Below are positions 43,948 through 53,679 of a DNA stretch of 64,000 bases, in pieces (the first letter of the stretch is position 1; each line of letters begins with the position of its first letter). The stretch is from a virus (lineage: Duplodnaviria > Caudoviricetes): the IMG/VR virus record IMGVR_UViG_3300025098_005131. The stretch is one strand, 5' to 3'. The notes beneath the pieces are model-generated. The model did not search any database and was not told the DNA's origin. It worked only from the letters and a program-made list of their open reading frames with translations. The translations under genes were made by a program, and so were the position numbers.

Positions 43948-44190
43948 TTACATCTTTTGAAGATTTTCAATTGTTGTTGAGCCAATTTTTCTTGATACTT
44001 CAACACCGTCTTTTAAAACTACAAATGTAGGAACTGACATAATCTGATGGCTTGTTGCTAAATCCATGTCTTTTGTTATATCAATTAATTTTATATTTAT
44101 TTCATCTCTAATTTTTTCGTTAAGAGATTCTTTTATTTGTTTACAAGGCTCACACCACGGTGCACTAAAAAATAATATTTCTTTACTCAT
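43948..44190 (-). CDS. trxA: Thioredoxin
   Basis: FSAPWCEPCK, IMSVPTF. Confidence 0.92.
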   Translation of the reverse strand: MSKEILFFSAPWCEPCKQIKESLNEKIRDEINIKLIDITKDMDLATSHQIMSVPTFVVLKDGVEVSRKIGSTTIENLQKM

Positions 44191-44202
44191 AATTTTCTTC
44201 CT

Positions 44203-45168
44203 TTAACTCACTAATTCCCAGCCCCAGCTATCTCCGCTCATACCGTCAGCATTATAATCAGTAACAGTTCCTTCAAAAAAGTTTTTAAAGCTATCACCAT
44301 TAATGATCCAGTCAAGCCAATCTAAGGGGTTGTTTTTTACCTTAAAATTAGGTTTTAAACCTAACTGTATTAGTCGTCTGTCTGCAAGGTATCTAATATA
44401 TAATTTTACTTCTTCTTTGTCTAATCCTACAATATGTCCCATTTCGTATGCCAAGTCTATGACTTTATCTTCAAGCTTAACAGCTTCTCTATACATTTTG
44501 TAAATTGACTTTTTAAAAGCATCGTTTACAATTCTTGGATGCTCTTTGACATATTCTCTAAACAATTGCGTCATACCTTGAACGTGCATTGTTTCATCTC
44601 GAATACTCCATTCGACGATTTCACACATCCCCTTCATTTTACCAAAACGTTGATAGTTTAGCAGCATAACAAATGCTGAAAATAGACTCATGCCTTCATT
44701 ACAAGCAGACTGTGCAATTGCAATACCTAATCCTTTTTTAGTGCTTACATCGTTTTGTTGCATAAATTCAATTTTAGCACTCATTTCTTCATATTCTAAA
44801 AAAGCACTGTATTCTTCTTCTGGTAAACCAAGAGTATCGTTAAGAAGAGCATAACTACGTTGATGCGTGCCTTCACGATTTGCAAAGCTTAATAGCATAC
44901 TCCTGATTTCATTATTTTTAAATTTAGGAATAAACAGATCACAATAGTTACCACCTACTTGTACGTCACTTTGTGTAAACAGACGAAGTATTTGTGTAAT
45001 GTGATTTTTTTCTTCTGCAGAAATCTTTCCACCTTTCCATTGATTCACGTCCTCGGCAAGCTTTGCTTCCCAACTACCCCAGTGAATTTTTTCGTGACTT
45101 TCTGCGATTTCCATTGCCCATGCATATTTAAAGGGCTTATATGTTGTATTATATTTAAGTAATGACAT
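44203..45168 (-). CDS. nrdB: Ribonucleotide reductase class I beta subunit
   Basis: FTQSDV, REGTHQRSY, NEGMSLF, SIRDETMHV iron ligands. Confidence 0.96.
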   Translation of the reverse strand: MSLLKYNTTYKPFKYAWAMEIAESHEKIHWGSWEAKLAEDVNQWKGGKISAEEKNHITQILRLFTQSDVQVGGNYCDLFIPKFKNNEIRSMLLSFANREGTHQRSYALLNDTLGLPEEEYSAFLEYEEMSAKIEFMQQNDVSTKKGLGIAIAQSACNEGMSLFSAFVMLLNYQRFGKMKGMCEIVEWSIRDETMHVQGMTQLFREYVKEHPRIVNDAFKKSIYKMYREAVKLEDKVIDLAYEMGHIVGLDKEEVKLYIRYLADRRLIQLGLKPNFKVKNNPLDWLDWIINGDSFKNFFEGTVTDYNADGMSGDSWGWELVS

Positions 45169-45202
45169 CGTTCAACCTTTGTTTAATCCTTGTATAATAT
45201 AA

Positions 45203-46990
45203 TTATCCTTGACAGCTTAAACATTCATCAGGATCTGCAAAGTCTTGTAGTTTATCTTGTTCTACTTTTTGACTTACTTTTTCTGCTGAAGCACCTGCAT
45301 TTGTTCTAAGATAATATAATCCTTTTAATTTCTTTTTCCATGCTCTAATATGTACAGCATTAACAACTGACTTATCTGTTCCTGCTGGAAAGAACAAGTT
45401 AACACTTTGACCTTGACAAATAAACTCTTGTCTATCACCTGCATGATCAACGATCCATCGTTGATCTAATTCAAATGCTGTTTTAAATACTTGTTTATGC
45501 CAATCTGACATGTATTCTAAATGTTGCACAGAGCCTTCTGAAAGTATTATAGACTTCCATTGCTGTTTTAACCATATTTCTGTGTCTTTAACCTCTAAAT
45601 CTTTAGAGTATTGATTTAAAACTTTTTCTAAATGAGGATTCTTAACAAGATAAGATCCTACTCTAGTACGATGAGTATATGCATTTGACTTCCACGGTTC
45701 TATTGAAGGAGATGTTCCTGCAATAATTGAAGAATTTGCATTAGGAGCAATTGCTAGCAAGTGAGCATTTCTAACTCCATGGCCAATTCCGTCAGGACAC
45801 TCACCTTTTAATCTAGCCAACTCTATTGTTTTCTGTTTTGCTTTTTCTTTAATATCCATAAATATCTTTTTATTTGCTACAATAGCAATACTGGATTCAA
45901 ACGGTATATTTTTTTTCTGGAGGTATGCGTGAAAACCCATTGCGCCTAAACCAAGGCTTCGTTCAGCGATTGCCGATCTAATTGCTCGCTCTAAAGACTT
46001 AGGCGCATTCTTAATAAAGTAAGTAATTACGTTGTCAAGATATTCAATTAAATCTTCTACTATTGTAGAGTCTTTCCACTCATCATACTTTTCAATATTA
46101 AGAGAGCTTAAACAGCAAACTGCACTGCGGTCTGGTGATGTTGCCAAGTGGATTTCATTGCAAAGATTACTACCATGAATTTTAAGACCTAAGTCTTTTT
46201 GAAACTTTGGCAAGTGTTTATTTGCTTCATCAATAAAGTTAATATAAGGTTCGCCAGTTCTAAATCTTACTTGTAATATTCTTTGCCAAAGCTGCCTAGC
46301 ATCAACTGTGTCTCTAACTGTATTTTCATTCGGGTCTTTTAGGTTCCACGTCTCACCATTAACCACAGATTCCATAAACTCATTTGTTACATTTACAGCA
46401 TTGTTTAAGTTAAAACATTTTCGATTAATGTCACCGCCAGTTGGAACTCTAATGTTAAGGAACTCTACAATATCAGGATGGGAAACATTCATGTAAGCTG
46501 CATATGAGCCTTTTCTAGTCTTACCTTGACGATAAGCTGTCATGTCGCTGTCAACAGTCTTTAAAAAAGGCATAGGTCCTGGAGAAATAGAGCTATTGGA
46601 TCTAACGTCACTCCAGTGACCGCCAACTCCACCGCCTTTAACAGACATCCACCTTAGCTCGTCTGAATGTGATATTAATCCTTCAAGTGAATCGTCAACG
46701 TAAGTTAAGAAACATGATATTGGCAATCCTCGAGTTGTCTCATTAGGTCTTGGCGCATTTGACAAGATTGGCGAGCTAAACATAAACCAACCTTTAGACG
46801 CGTAGTCGTATATTCGCTGGGATAAATCTAAACAATTACCAGAAAATGCTACAGCGGCTCTTGCAAAGCTTTCTTGAGGTGACTTCTCATATTCGTTCAT
46901 ATAGTAGTCACGTAACAAGTTTTTTGAAAATTCTGTGAGTGAGTCGTCTCTATCTAAATCTATAGTAATACCATAGCATTCTTTTTTCAT
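45203..46990 (-). CDS. nrdA: Ribonucleotide reductase class I alpha subunit (no ATP cone)
   Basis: PISCF, GSNLCNEI, VCCLSS, APNANSS, GLYYLR, C-terminal CLSC. Confidence 0.96.
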   Translation of the reverse strand: MKKECYGITIDLDRDDSLTEFSKNLLRDYYMNEYEKSPQESFARAAVAFSGNCLDLSQRIYDYASKGWFMFSSPILSNAPRPNETTRGLPISCFLTYVDDSLEGLISHSDELRWMSVKGGGVGGHWSDVRSNSSISPGPMPFLKTVDSDMTAYRQGKTRKGSYAAYMNVSHPDIVEFLNIRVPTGGDINRKCFNLNNAVNVTNEFMESVVNGETWNLKDPNENTVRDTVDARQLWQRILQVRFRTGEPYINFIDEANKHLPKFQKDLGLKIHGSNLCNEIHLATSPDRSAVCCLSSLNIEKYDEWKDSTIVEDLIEYLDNVITYFIKNAPKSLERAIRSAIAERSLGLGAMGFHAYLQKKNIPFESSIAIVANKKIFMDIKEKAKQKTIELARLKGECPDGIGHGVRNAHLLAIAPNANSSIIAGTSPSIEPWKSNAYTHRTRVGSYLVKNPHLEKVLNQYSKDLEVKDTEIWLKQQWKSIILSEGSVQHLEYMSDWHKQVFKTAFELDQRWIVDHAGDRQEFICQGQSVNLFFPAGTDKSVVNAVHIRAWKKKLKGLYYLRTNAGASAEKVSQKVEQDKLQDFADPDECLSCQG

Positions 46991-47004
46991 ATATATTCCT
47001 TTAT

Positions 47005-47472
47005 TTAATCTGAACTACCAATCTTCCCATGATTTCTCTGAGAAGATGTTGTAATGTTTAAATATTCTTCTTTGTCTACAATAGAGAATTGATTGTCACA
47101 TTTAACAACAACAATTTGAACGGGTAATTTTACGTTTGAGTCTAATATAAATTCTTCTGAACCTACGTTAACTAAATTAACAAAAACTTCACCTGTATAC
47201 CCATAGTCAATAACACCTGCTCTTACTTTAAGTGGTGTCTTTGTAATCGATCCTCTTTCTTGAATTAGCGCAACATAACCTTTAGGCACTTGCATTTTTA
47301 AACCGGTTGGAATTAATGTTTTATTGTTTTTAGGTAAGACTGATTGTGGGCAAATTGTTACTTTATTACCTGCATTGTATAGATCGAGACCAGCGCTTTC
47401 TCCATTATATGCAGGAGAGTAATCTTCTACAGCTATTTTATTTGTCCCTAAAGTAAACTTTAAACTTTCCAT
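47005..47472 (-). CDS. dut: Trimeric dUTPase
   Basis: SAGLDLY, ERGS, AGVIDYGYTGEV, VQIVV, RNHGKIGSS; start placed at ATG 47472 (track gives 47490, overlapping helicase stop). Confidence 0.93.
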   Translation of the reverse strand: MESLKFTLGTNKIAVEDYSPAYNGESAGLDLYNAGNKVTICPQSVLPKNNKTLIPTGLKMQVPKGYVALIQERGSITKTPLKVRAGVIDYGYTGEVFVNLVNVGSEEFILDSNVKLPVQIVVVKCDNQFSIVDKEEYLNITTSSQRNHGKIGSSD

Positions 47473-47482
47473 TAAAAAAATA

Positions 47483-48859
47483 TTAACCATCTTTTTGATT
47501 TACCTCTTTCCACTTTTCTCTTAATTTTTCTTTCATTGTGTTATTGTCTTGAGCGACTGCTTCATTCAATGACATTTCAGTATCATCAAGAATTTCAAAT
47601 TTTGATTTAGCTGTGTCTATGTTTATTGGAAATAACAATCCATCTCTTCCAGCACGATTCTTAGCTACAAATATTCGACCTCCGCCTGTAGACTTTTCCA
47701 TTGGCTTACGACTTATCGATAAAACTACGTCTGCAACTTGTGCCTTGCCATAAGACTCACCTAGATTTTCTAAGCCTACAACGTCAGACTTTGAAGAATC
47801 TTTGTTCGCTTGTGAAGCAGTCCAAATAGGTATTTGCAATTCCACAGCAAGATTTCTTAATTCTGTATAAATTAACTTTAACTCGTGCCTTAAAGAATCG
47901 TATGCTTTAGAAGACTTCATTACGTCAGCATAGTCAACAGTCACCAAACTAGGTTTAAAACCTTTCAGTGTAAGCTTTTCAATATGATTTCTTAATGTCA
48001 TAACTGAAGCTGAACCTGTTGGGTACTCTTTTATAATAAGCTTTCCTAGCTCCATTTTTTTGTATTTGTTAACTACTTCAAGTTTTCTTTCAATAATCTC
48101 GTTACTTGGTATATCACAAAGATTTGAATCATACCGCTTGCCTGTGTCATGTTCTGATAGTTCGAATGTATAGTGTATTACATTTTTGCCAGCTCTCATA
48201 GCTGCACAGCCCATTGCAACTAAGAAGTGTGATTTACCTACGCCTGTGTTTGCTGCAATGACGCCTAGTTCACCTCTGCCTAAACCGCCTCTTAATATGT
48301 CTTGCGAGTCAATCTTGTCTAAACCAGTCGGACAAACTTGCCTGTTTATTTGAACAAATCTTGCTTCAATGTCATCAAAGAAATTATGACCTGCTGTGTT
48401 AGGCATACCAACAGAAATAGCTTCTTTCATAATTTTTAAGACTGATTCATACTTTTCTGTTTGAATTAGTTCAACACTTTGTTCTAATGCATCTCTAAAT
48501 GCTTGACGTTTGCAGAATTCAAGAGACTTATCTTTAACATATTGCAAATCGCCAATATCTGGGTTAGTTTTCATTCTATGAAGATATTCTATAATCTGAT
48601 CTCTCAATACATGATCTTTTGATTTTGATAAATCTTCTTTAATGATTGTGATAAGAATTGTTAGCGTTGGAAATGTCTTGTATTTATTATAATAAGAATA
48701 GTATCTTTCGCAAAGAAAAGAAAGATACTTTAAATCAAAATAGTCGTGACTCATTACCTCAATCATTTGAGCTGACCAGTTTATATCTGTAAGCATGCTT
48801 TGGAAGACTTTTTCCTGAAATGGCTTGCCAAACTTAGAAAAGTTTTTGTTTTGACTCAT
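47483..48859 (-). CDS. dnaB: Replicative helicase (DnaB / T4 gp41 family)
   Basis: RGELGVIAANTGVGKS, FELSE, VDYADVM, WTASQAN, KNRAG. Confidence 0.93.
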   Translation of the reverse strand: MSQNKNFSKFGKPFQEKVFQSMLTDINWSAQMIEVMSHDYFDLKYLSFLCERYYSYYNKYKTFPTLTILITIIKEDLSKSKDHVLRDQIIEYLHRMKTNPDIGDLQYVKDKSLEFCKRQAFRDALEQSVELIQTEKYESVLKIMKEAISVGMPNTAGHNFFDDIEARFVQINRQVCPTGLDKIDSQDILRGGLGRGELGVIAANTGVGKSHFLVAMGCAAMRAGKNVIHYTFELSEHDTGKRYDSNLCDIPSNEIIERKLEVVNKYKKMELGKLIIKEYPTGSASVMTLRNHIEKLTLKGFKPSLVTVDYADVMKSSKAYDSLRHELKLIYTELRNLAVELQIPIWTASQANKDSSKSDVVGLENLGESYGKAQVADVVLSISRKPMEKSTGGGRIFVAKNRAGRDGLLFPINIDTAKSKFEILDDTEMSLNEAVAQDNNTMKEKLREKWKEVNQKDG

Positions 48860-49827
48860 TGAATTTTGTTCCTTAGAGATGATTTAAGTGCAATTAGAAA
48901 TGTGTGAATATTAAAAAAGTTTAAGCCTTCACGATTCATAATTTTAAGAAGATTCATTTTGTTAATGCTTGACTCTTTATTGTCATATTGATGATTGATT
49001 TTTTTAACTTGATCAGCGCTTAACATAGCAGAGTCTAAATACATTAATTTCCAGTTTTTATGTAATAGTAATTTGTTATTTATTATATTCTCATAAAGCT
49101 TTATTTTACACTTTAAGTTAACTTTTTTACTTGATTCATTAATTATATCACTTATTGACATTTCTTTTTGCTGTGTTAATTCTGGAAATCGTTTGACCAT
49201 GGTTTTTATACCAGCACCTTTTATACCTTTAATACCGTCGCTAGTGTCACCTGCAAAGCATCTTACTAAACAAAAATTATATGCTGGTACGCTCCACTTG
49301 TCTAATACATATTTTTTATCAATCAGTATTTTCTTGTTAGGCGACCAAATTTTTGTATTTTCATCTAAAAGTTGATAGTAGTCTTTGTCAGAGGTAACAA
49401 TTATTTTTTCATGATCAACATTTTTAGTCTTAGTTAGATATGAAATAACATCATCAGCTTCGCAATCACTAACATAGATTTGTGTTACTGGAGTTTCGTA
49501 TAATATTTCAATAAGTATTTTAAGTTGATTGTTTCTGTTCTCAGAAGTATCAGGTATATCGCTATAATAAGAACTTCTATTAAGTCTGACTGGTCGCCTG
49601 CCATTTTTATAGTCAGGATCAATACTTCTTCGTCTTAAAGAACCTCCACCTTCCCACGCAACTACGATTTTTTGAGGATTAAACTTGGCTGATAAATGCT
49701 CTATGTTACGCAAAAACCCAACAATGGCTCCACATAAATTACCGTTAAGAGACTTTGTTGGGTTTGCTGCAAAGTGTCGCATAAAAACATTCAAGCCGTC
49801 AATATAGATAACAGGCTTGTTGCTCAT
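48856..49827 (-). CDS. 5'-3' exonuclease / flap endonuclease (T4 RNase H-like), copy 2
   Basis: YIDGLNVFMR, YKNGR, CEADDVI, VTSDKDYYQL, GDTSDGIKGIKGAG. Confidence 0.93.
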   Translation of the reverse strand: MSNKPVIYIDGLNVFMRHFAANPTKSLNGNLCGAIVGFLRNIEHLSAKFNPQKIVVAWEGGGSLRRRSIDPDYKNGRRPVRLNRSSYYSDIPDTSENRNNQLKILIEILYETPVTQIYVSDCEADDVISYLTKTKNVDHEKIIVTSDKDYYQLLDENTKIWSPNKKILIDKKYVLDKWSVPAYNFCLVRCFAGDTSDGIKGIKGAGIKTMVKRFPELTQQKEMSISDIINESSKKVNLKCKIKLYENIINNKLLLHKNWKLMYLDSAMLSADQVKKINHQYDNKESSINKMNLLKIMNREGLNFFNIHTFLIALKSSLRNKIQ

Positions 49828-49834
49828 TATACTC

Positions 49835-51034
49835 CTATTTTAACATTTCAAAAGCTTCAGAGTGTTCTTCCATAATATGATCATGAACAGCTTTAATGTC
49901 TGTATAGCTTTCTGTGTCAATCTCAGGATCTTCAGTCTCATTTTTACGAATCATAGCTTTTTCAAGAATCATATCAACATATTGACCAAATTCAGGATGA
50001 GAAATAATTTGATCAAAGTCTGCCTTGTAGAATTTCTTATCTACAATAACTTCACCTGTATCTAAAGTAGAAACTATTAAGTTTTTCCATGCACCATTAC
50101 CAGATATTTCAATATGATAGTTATCGATTTCTTCTGGTCCATGCTTTCTTAACAAATCAAACATCTGTTCATGCTCTTTAATACCTTTGCCAAAATGTAT
50201 CTCAAAGTTACATGTTCTAAAAGGAGCTGATACTTTGTTTTTGATTATCTTTGCAGAGACATTAATACCAATCGGCTCTTTTTCTTTGTTTACGATTTGA
50301 GAACCAGCCCCAAGTTTAATCCTAACAGAGCTGTGAAAAGGTATTGCCATACCACCTGGCGTAGTTGTAGGGTCACCGTACATTACACCAACTTTTGTTC
50401 TGATTTGATTTAAACAAACCATTAGAACTTTTTCATTAGCAATAACGCCTGTAATCTTTCGCATACCTTTTGATATCGCGCGGGCTTGAAGCCCTATACT
50501 CTCCTTATCATAGTCACCTACTAGCTCTGCTTTAGGACTAGTTGCTGCAACGGAGTCCCATATAATAGTAACTGGGACATCCTTGTCCATTGCTTTAGCT
50601 TTGATAATAGTAGACTCTGCGATAGAAAGCACTTCTTCTGTGCAGTGTGTGTCTACGTAGACAAATCTTTTTGATATGTCAACCCCTAGTATTCTAAGAT
50701 TCTCTACAGAAGTAGCGTTTTCTGTGTCAATATAAACAACTATTCCACCCATTTTTTGTGTAGATCTAGCTATTTGAGTTGCAATGTGTGACTTACCAAT
50801 AGAAGGAGGACCAAATATTTCTACAATTCTACCTTCTGGCAAGCCCCCACTTTTTTGGTTTGAAATGATATAGTCTAATTGTTTAGAACCTGTACTTATC
50901 CATCTTTTAACATGAGTAGGGGACTCATCTGTGCTTAGATTGTAAGCTACTCTAGCGCCTCTTTCTTTATTTAAAGACTTAATTAAGTCAGAAGTAAAGT
51001 CGTCTAACTCTTCTTTTTTTTTAGATTTAGCCAT
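49835..51034 (-). CDS. recA: RecA/UvsX recombinase
   Basis: ISTGSKQLD, EIFGPPSIGKS, IDTEN, IWDSVAA, NQIRTKVGVMYGDPTTTPGG, KNKVSAPF. Confidence 0.96.
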   Translation of the reverse strand: MAKSKKKEELDDFTSDLIKSLNKERGARVAYNLSTDESPTHVKRWISTGSKQLDYIISNQKSGGLPEGRIVEIFGPPSIGKSHIATQIARSTQKMGGIVVYIDTENATSVENLRILGVDISKRFVYVDTHCTEEVLSIAESTIIKAKAMDKDVPVTIIWDSVAATSPKAELVGDYDKESIGLQARAISKGMRKITGVIANEKVLMVCLNQIRTKVGVMYGDPTTTPGGMAIPFHSSVRIKLGAGSQIVNKEKEPIGINVSAKIIKNKVSAPFRTCNFEIHFGKGIKEHEQMFDLLRKHGPEEIDNYHIEISGNGAWKNLIVSTLDTGEVIVDKKFYKADFDQIISHPEFGQYVDMILEKAMIRKNETEDPEIDTESYTDIKAVHDHIMEEHSEAFEMLK

Positions 51035-51055
51035 TATGATCGTTAACTTTCTTTG

Positions 51056-51844
51056 TTATAGTGAGTCCAAGTCAGCAAATGCGTCATCAAGGCTTTTATA
51101 TTTTCCGTTAATTGCATCAGGAGAATTGTCATCAGCTTGAGTTGTCTTCTGATTAAATCCTCCACGAGTTGTTTCTTTAACTTCTTCTTCGTCACCGTTT
51201 AGCCATTCGTTAATGATTCTTTCTAAGTCTTCATAGGTCTTAAGTTCAAATAAGTTGTTAACGTCTGGAATGTTATCTAGCCACTGCTTTGACTTTGATG
51301 AGTCTTCTGAAAGAGGGGAATCTTTTCCTCGAGGCCTCACATCAGTTGTTGCCCATTGCTGTCCTGGATTTTTTTGACAACTAATACGAACATCACGGCC
51401 TTCATGTGGGTCTGTAATGTCGCCGTAATCTTCATCAAGCATGTAGTTCAAAAGTGTTTGATAAACAGTCTTTCCAAATGCCCATAAACGCACGCCTTTT
51501 TCTTCTTCACCTCTTACAACAACTGGAGCATAACAACGCATCTTTGGGTATAACTTTTTTGCTAGCTCATATGATTCTTTTGAACCTTCATCACGAAGCT
51601 TTGTAATAAGCTCCTGGATAGGATCTGGCTTGTCAAATTGATAAGGTGCTAAAAGACCAGGATTATTGCCAATGTTGTAATAGAACATTAGCTCTTTAAA
51701 TGGTTGACCGTCATTATTTGGGTATGCCATAAGACGAACAGTAGTCTCTGCACCTTCTTCAGGACGCCACATAGTGTTTTTCTTTGAATTTTGTCCGCTT
51801 AGTTGTCCAAGTTTCTTGCGAATTGCTGCTAGGTCGATAGCCAT
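51056..51844 (-). CDS. Single-stranded DNA-binding protein, T4 gp32-like
   Basis: WRP...VRL, DPIQE, GVRLWAFGKTVY, YGDITDPHEGRD, acidic C-terminus LDDAFADLDSL. Confidence 0.88.
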   Translation of the reverse strand: MAIDLAAIRKKLGQLSGQNSKKNTMWRPEEGAETTVRLMAYPNNDGQPFKELMFYYNIGNNPGLLAPYQFDKPDPIQELITKLRDEGSKESYELAKKLYPKMRCYAPVVVRGEEEKGVRLWAFGKTVYQTLLNYMLDEDYGDITDPHEGRDVRISCQKNPGQQWATTDVRPRGKDSPLSEDSSKSKQWLDNIPDVNNLFELKTYEDLERIINEWLNGDEEEVKETTRGGFNQKTTQADDNSPDAINGKYKSLDDAFADLDSL

Positions 51845-51941
51845 ATTATTTAATACCTTTCATAGTATTTGTTTAAATTTTTAATTGGTTATTTGTTATT
51901 TGTTATTTTTTTAATTTGTTTTGATCACCAATTGTGATACC

Positions 51942-51970
51942 ATTATATTATAGATTTTTAATTTTTACAC
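51942..51970 (-). promoter_or_regulatory. Putative promoter GTGTAA-N17-TATAAT heading the SSB-recA-nuclease-helicase-dut-nrdAB-trx-clpP-amidase operon
   Basis: Recurring motif pair; about 90-nt AU-rich leader follows. Confidence 0.7.
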
Positions 51971-51999
51971 ATTAAATTAATTTATTTTTATAACTCTTC

Positions 52000-53649
52000 T
52001 CAGCTAAGCCTTTCAGCTTTTTCTTTAGCTTTCTTCTCAGCTTTTAGCCTTTTAATCTCTTCTATCTTAGAACATAAGTTGTCAAATGCTTGAGTTATAA
52101 TTGCAATATTTTCATTGTTATAGTTATCGCTTGGCTCAACAATCCGCCAAGCTCTTTTGTTTCTTACAACTCCTAACATTGTTTTCATTATCTTAGAAGC
52201 CAAGCTTTTATTTGGATTGTTTAACAAGTCAACAATATCACTTGTAAATTCATAAAAACTTTCAGGTGTAAAGAAGACCCTTAGTTTAGGCCTTAGGTTT
52301 ATGTTGCCAAGTGTCACTGCGTAGTTTAAAGTATTATATCCTGATGAGTTTTTTCTTATTTGATCACTTGAATCTAAGGTTACATCTTGTAGTTTTATTG
52401 CTTCAGCAACTTCAAACAAGCTTTGAGAAGCTGATCTTATGTTGATAGCTCCATACTCAAATGATGATGCAAATGGACTTTGGATTCGTTGTAAGTCTCC
52501 ATAGGCTGGATTAGGTATCTTAAATCCTATTTGATCTTTTATAGAAACAAAAAGACCTTCAAAAGGAGAGTTAGGTGCAATTAAAGATCCACTTAGAGAA
52601 GTCATAAGCAATTCAGTTAGCTGTGGTTTTATGTTTTCTAAAACAAACTGCTTAAAAGATCCTGTTGAATGACTTTGAATTTTCTGTTTTAAAGAAGAAA
52701 GTATATCAATATATTCCTGAGTTAACTCAGGAAATCTTTTTGCTTGATTTGGTCCCATAAAATAAATATTGTATTTTGGATTTGTCATTGCTTTTGCATC
52801 TTCTTCGGTAAATTCTCCTGAGTATACAACTGCATATTCTTTTCTACCAGGTATACTATAAGATATGTAGTCACCTTTTCTATCATCTGACTTAAGTGAT
52901 TCAACGCCAAAGTATTTATAAGTTCCTTCTGGCATTTTATGAGGATAAGAATATTTAAAAGCATTATAAATACTACTAGAAGCTCCGGATCTATTTAAAA
53001 ATAGATACCAATTATACCCAGCACGTCTACTATATTTTTCTTTTTTAAACTCATCATATGTATATAAGTCGCTATATTTTGTTTTCATAATATCAACATT
53101 AGATACTGGCAGACCTTTGTTTAACCTATCAGACTTTGCTTTATCAAAAGATTTTTTTGTCGCAATAAAAATCTGTGGTCCTGTGTTTATAGTTTTATTA
53201 GTCTTTTTGTCTTTTTTGTAACCATCTGGTCCAACCAAAACTGAAACGTGTTGACCACTAAACTTTTCTGTCATACTTATTTGATAGCCTTCAACAGCAT
53301 TACCTAACATATGCTCTATAAAAGCTAAGATCTGATCTTTAGAAAGATTTTCTAGCTGTGGTGTTTTTTTTGCTTCAAACAAAAAAGAATAATTTTCTTT
53401 TAGTGTCCTCTTTCTACCTTTTTCTCCGCCGTGTTTAAGATACCACTGTACAGATCTTGTATATGTCTTTTTCTTTTTACCTTTTGATCTATGCTTTTTA
53501 TCTGTTGCCGTAGACTTTTTATATATGTTTACACCACGAGATCCAGCTTTAGGGCCTGTGCCTAGAGGGGTTGATACGCCACCTACTGCGCCGGCGCCAC
53601 TAAATTCTCTAACTAAAGCTTCTAAAACTCTACTATAAATATCTTGCAT
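52000..53649 (-). CDS. Probable virion protein with degenerate ligase-like nucleotidyltransferase motifs
   Basis: Leader motifs LVRE, TLKE, FLFE; TEKFSG (motif I KxDG-like), FEGLFV (motif IV-like), FKIPN (motif V-like). Confidence 0.5.
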   Translation of the reverse strand: MQDIYSRVLEALVREFSGAGAVGGVSTPLGTGPKAGSRGVNIYKKSTATDKKHRSKGKKKKTYTRSVQWYLKHGGEKGRKRTLKENYSFLFEAKKTPQLENLSKDQILAFIEHMLGNAVEGYQISMTEKFSGQHVSVLVGPDGYKKDKKTNKTINTGPQIFIATKKSFDKAKSDRLNKGLPVSNVDIMKTKYSDLYTYDEFKKEKYSRRAGYNWYLFLNRSGASSSIYNAFKYSYPHKMPEGTYKYFGVESLKSDDRKGDYISYSIPGRKEYAVVYSGEFTEEDAKAMTNPKYNIYFMGPNQAKRFPELTQEYIDILSSLKQKIQSHSTGSFKQFVLENIKPQLTELLMTSLSGSLIAPNSPFEGLFVSIKDQIGFKIPNPAYGDLQRIQSPFASSFEYGAINIRSASQSLFEVAEAIKLQDVTLDSSDQIRKNSSGYNTLNYAVTLGNINLRPKLRVFFTPESFYEFTSDIVDLLNNPNKSLASKIMKTMLGVVRNKRAWRIVEPSDNYNNENIAIITQAFDNLCSKIEEIKRLKAEKKAKEKAERLS

Positions 53650-53679
53650 AATATACCTCTTTAATATATTATATATTTA

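Noticed and set aside
23420-51034. Inteins or group I introns in dnaE, nrdA, nrdB, helicase and recA
   Set aside because: Motifs are contiguous and lengths normal; the charged insert in the DnaE PHP domain has no splicing motifs
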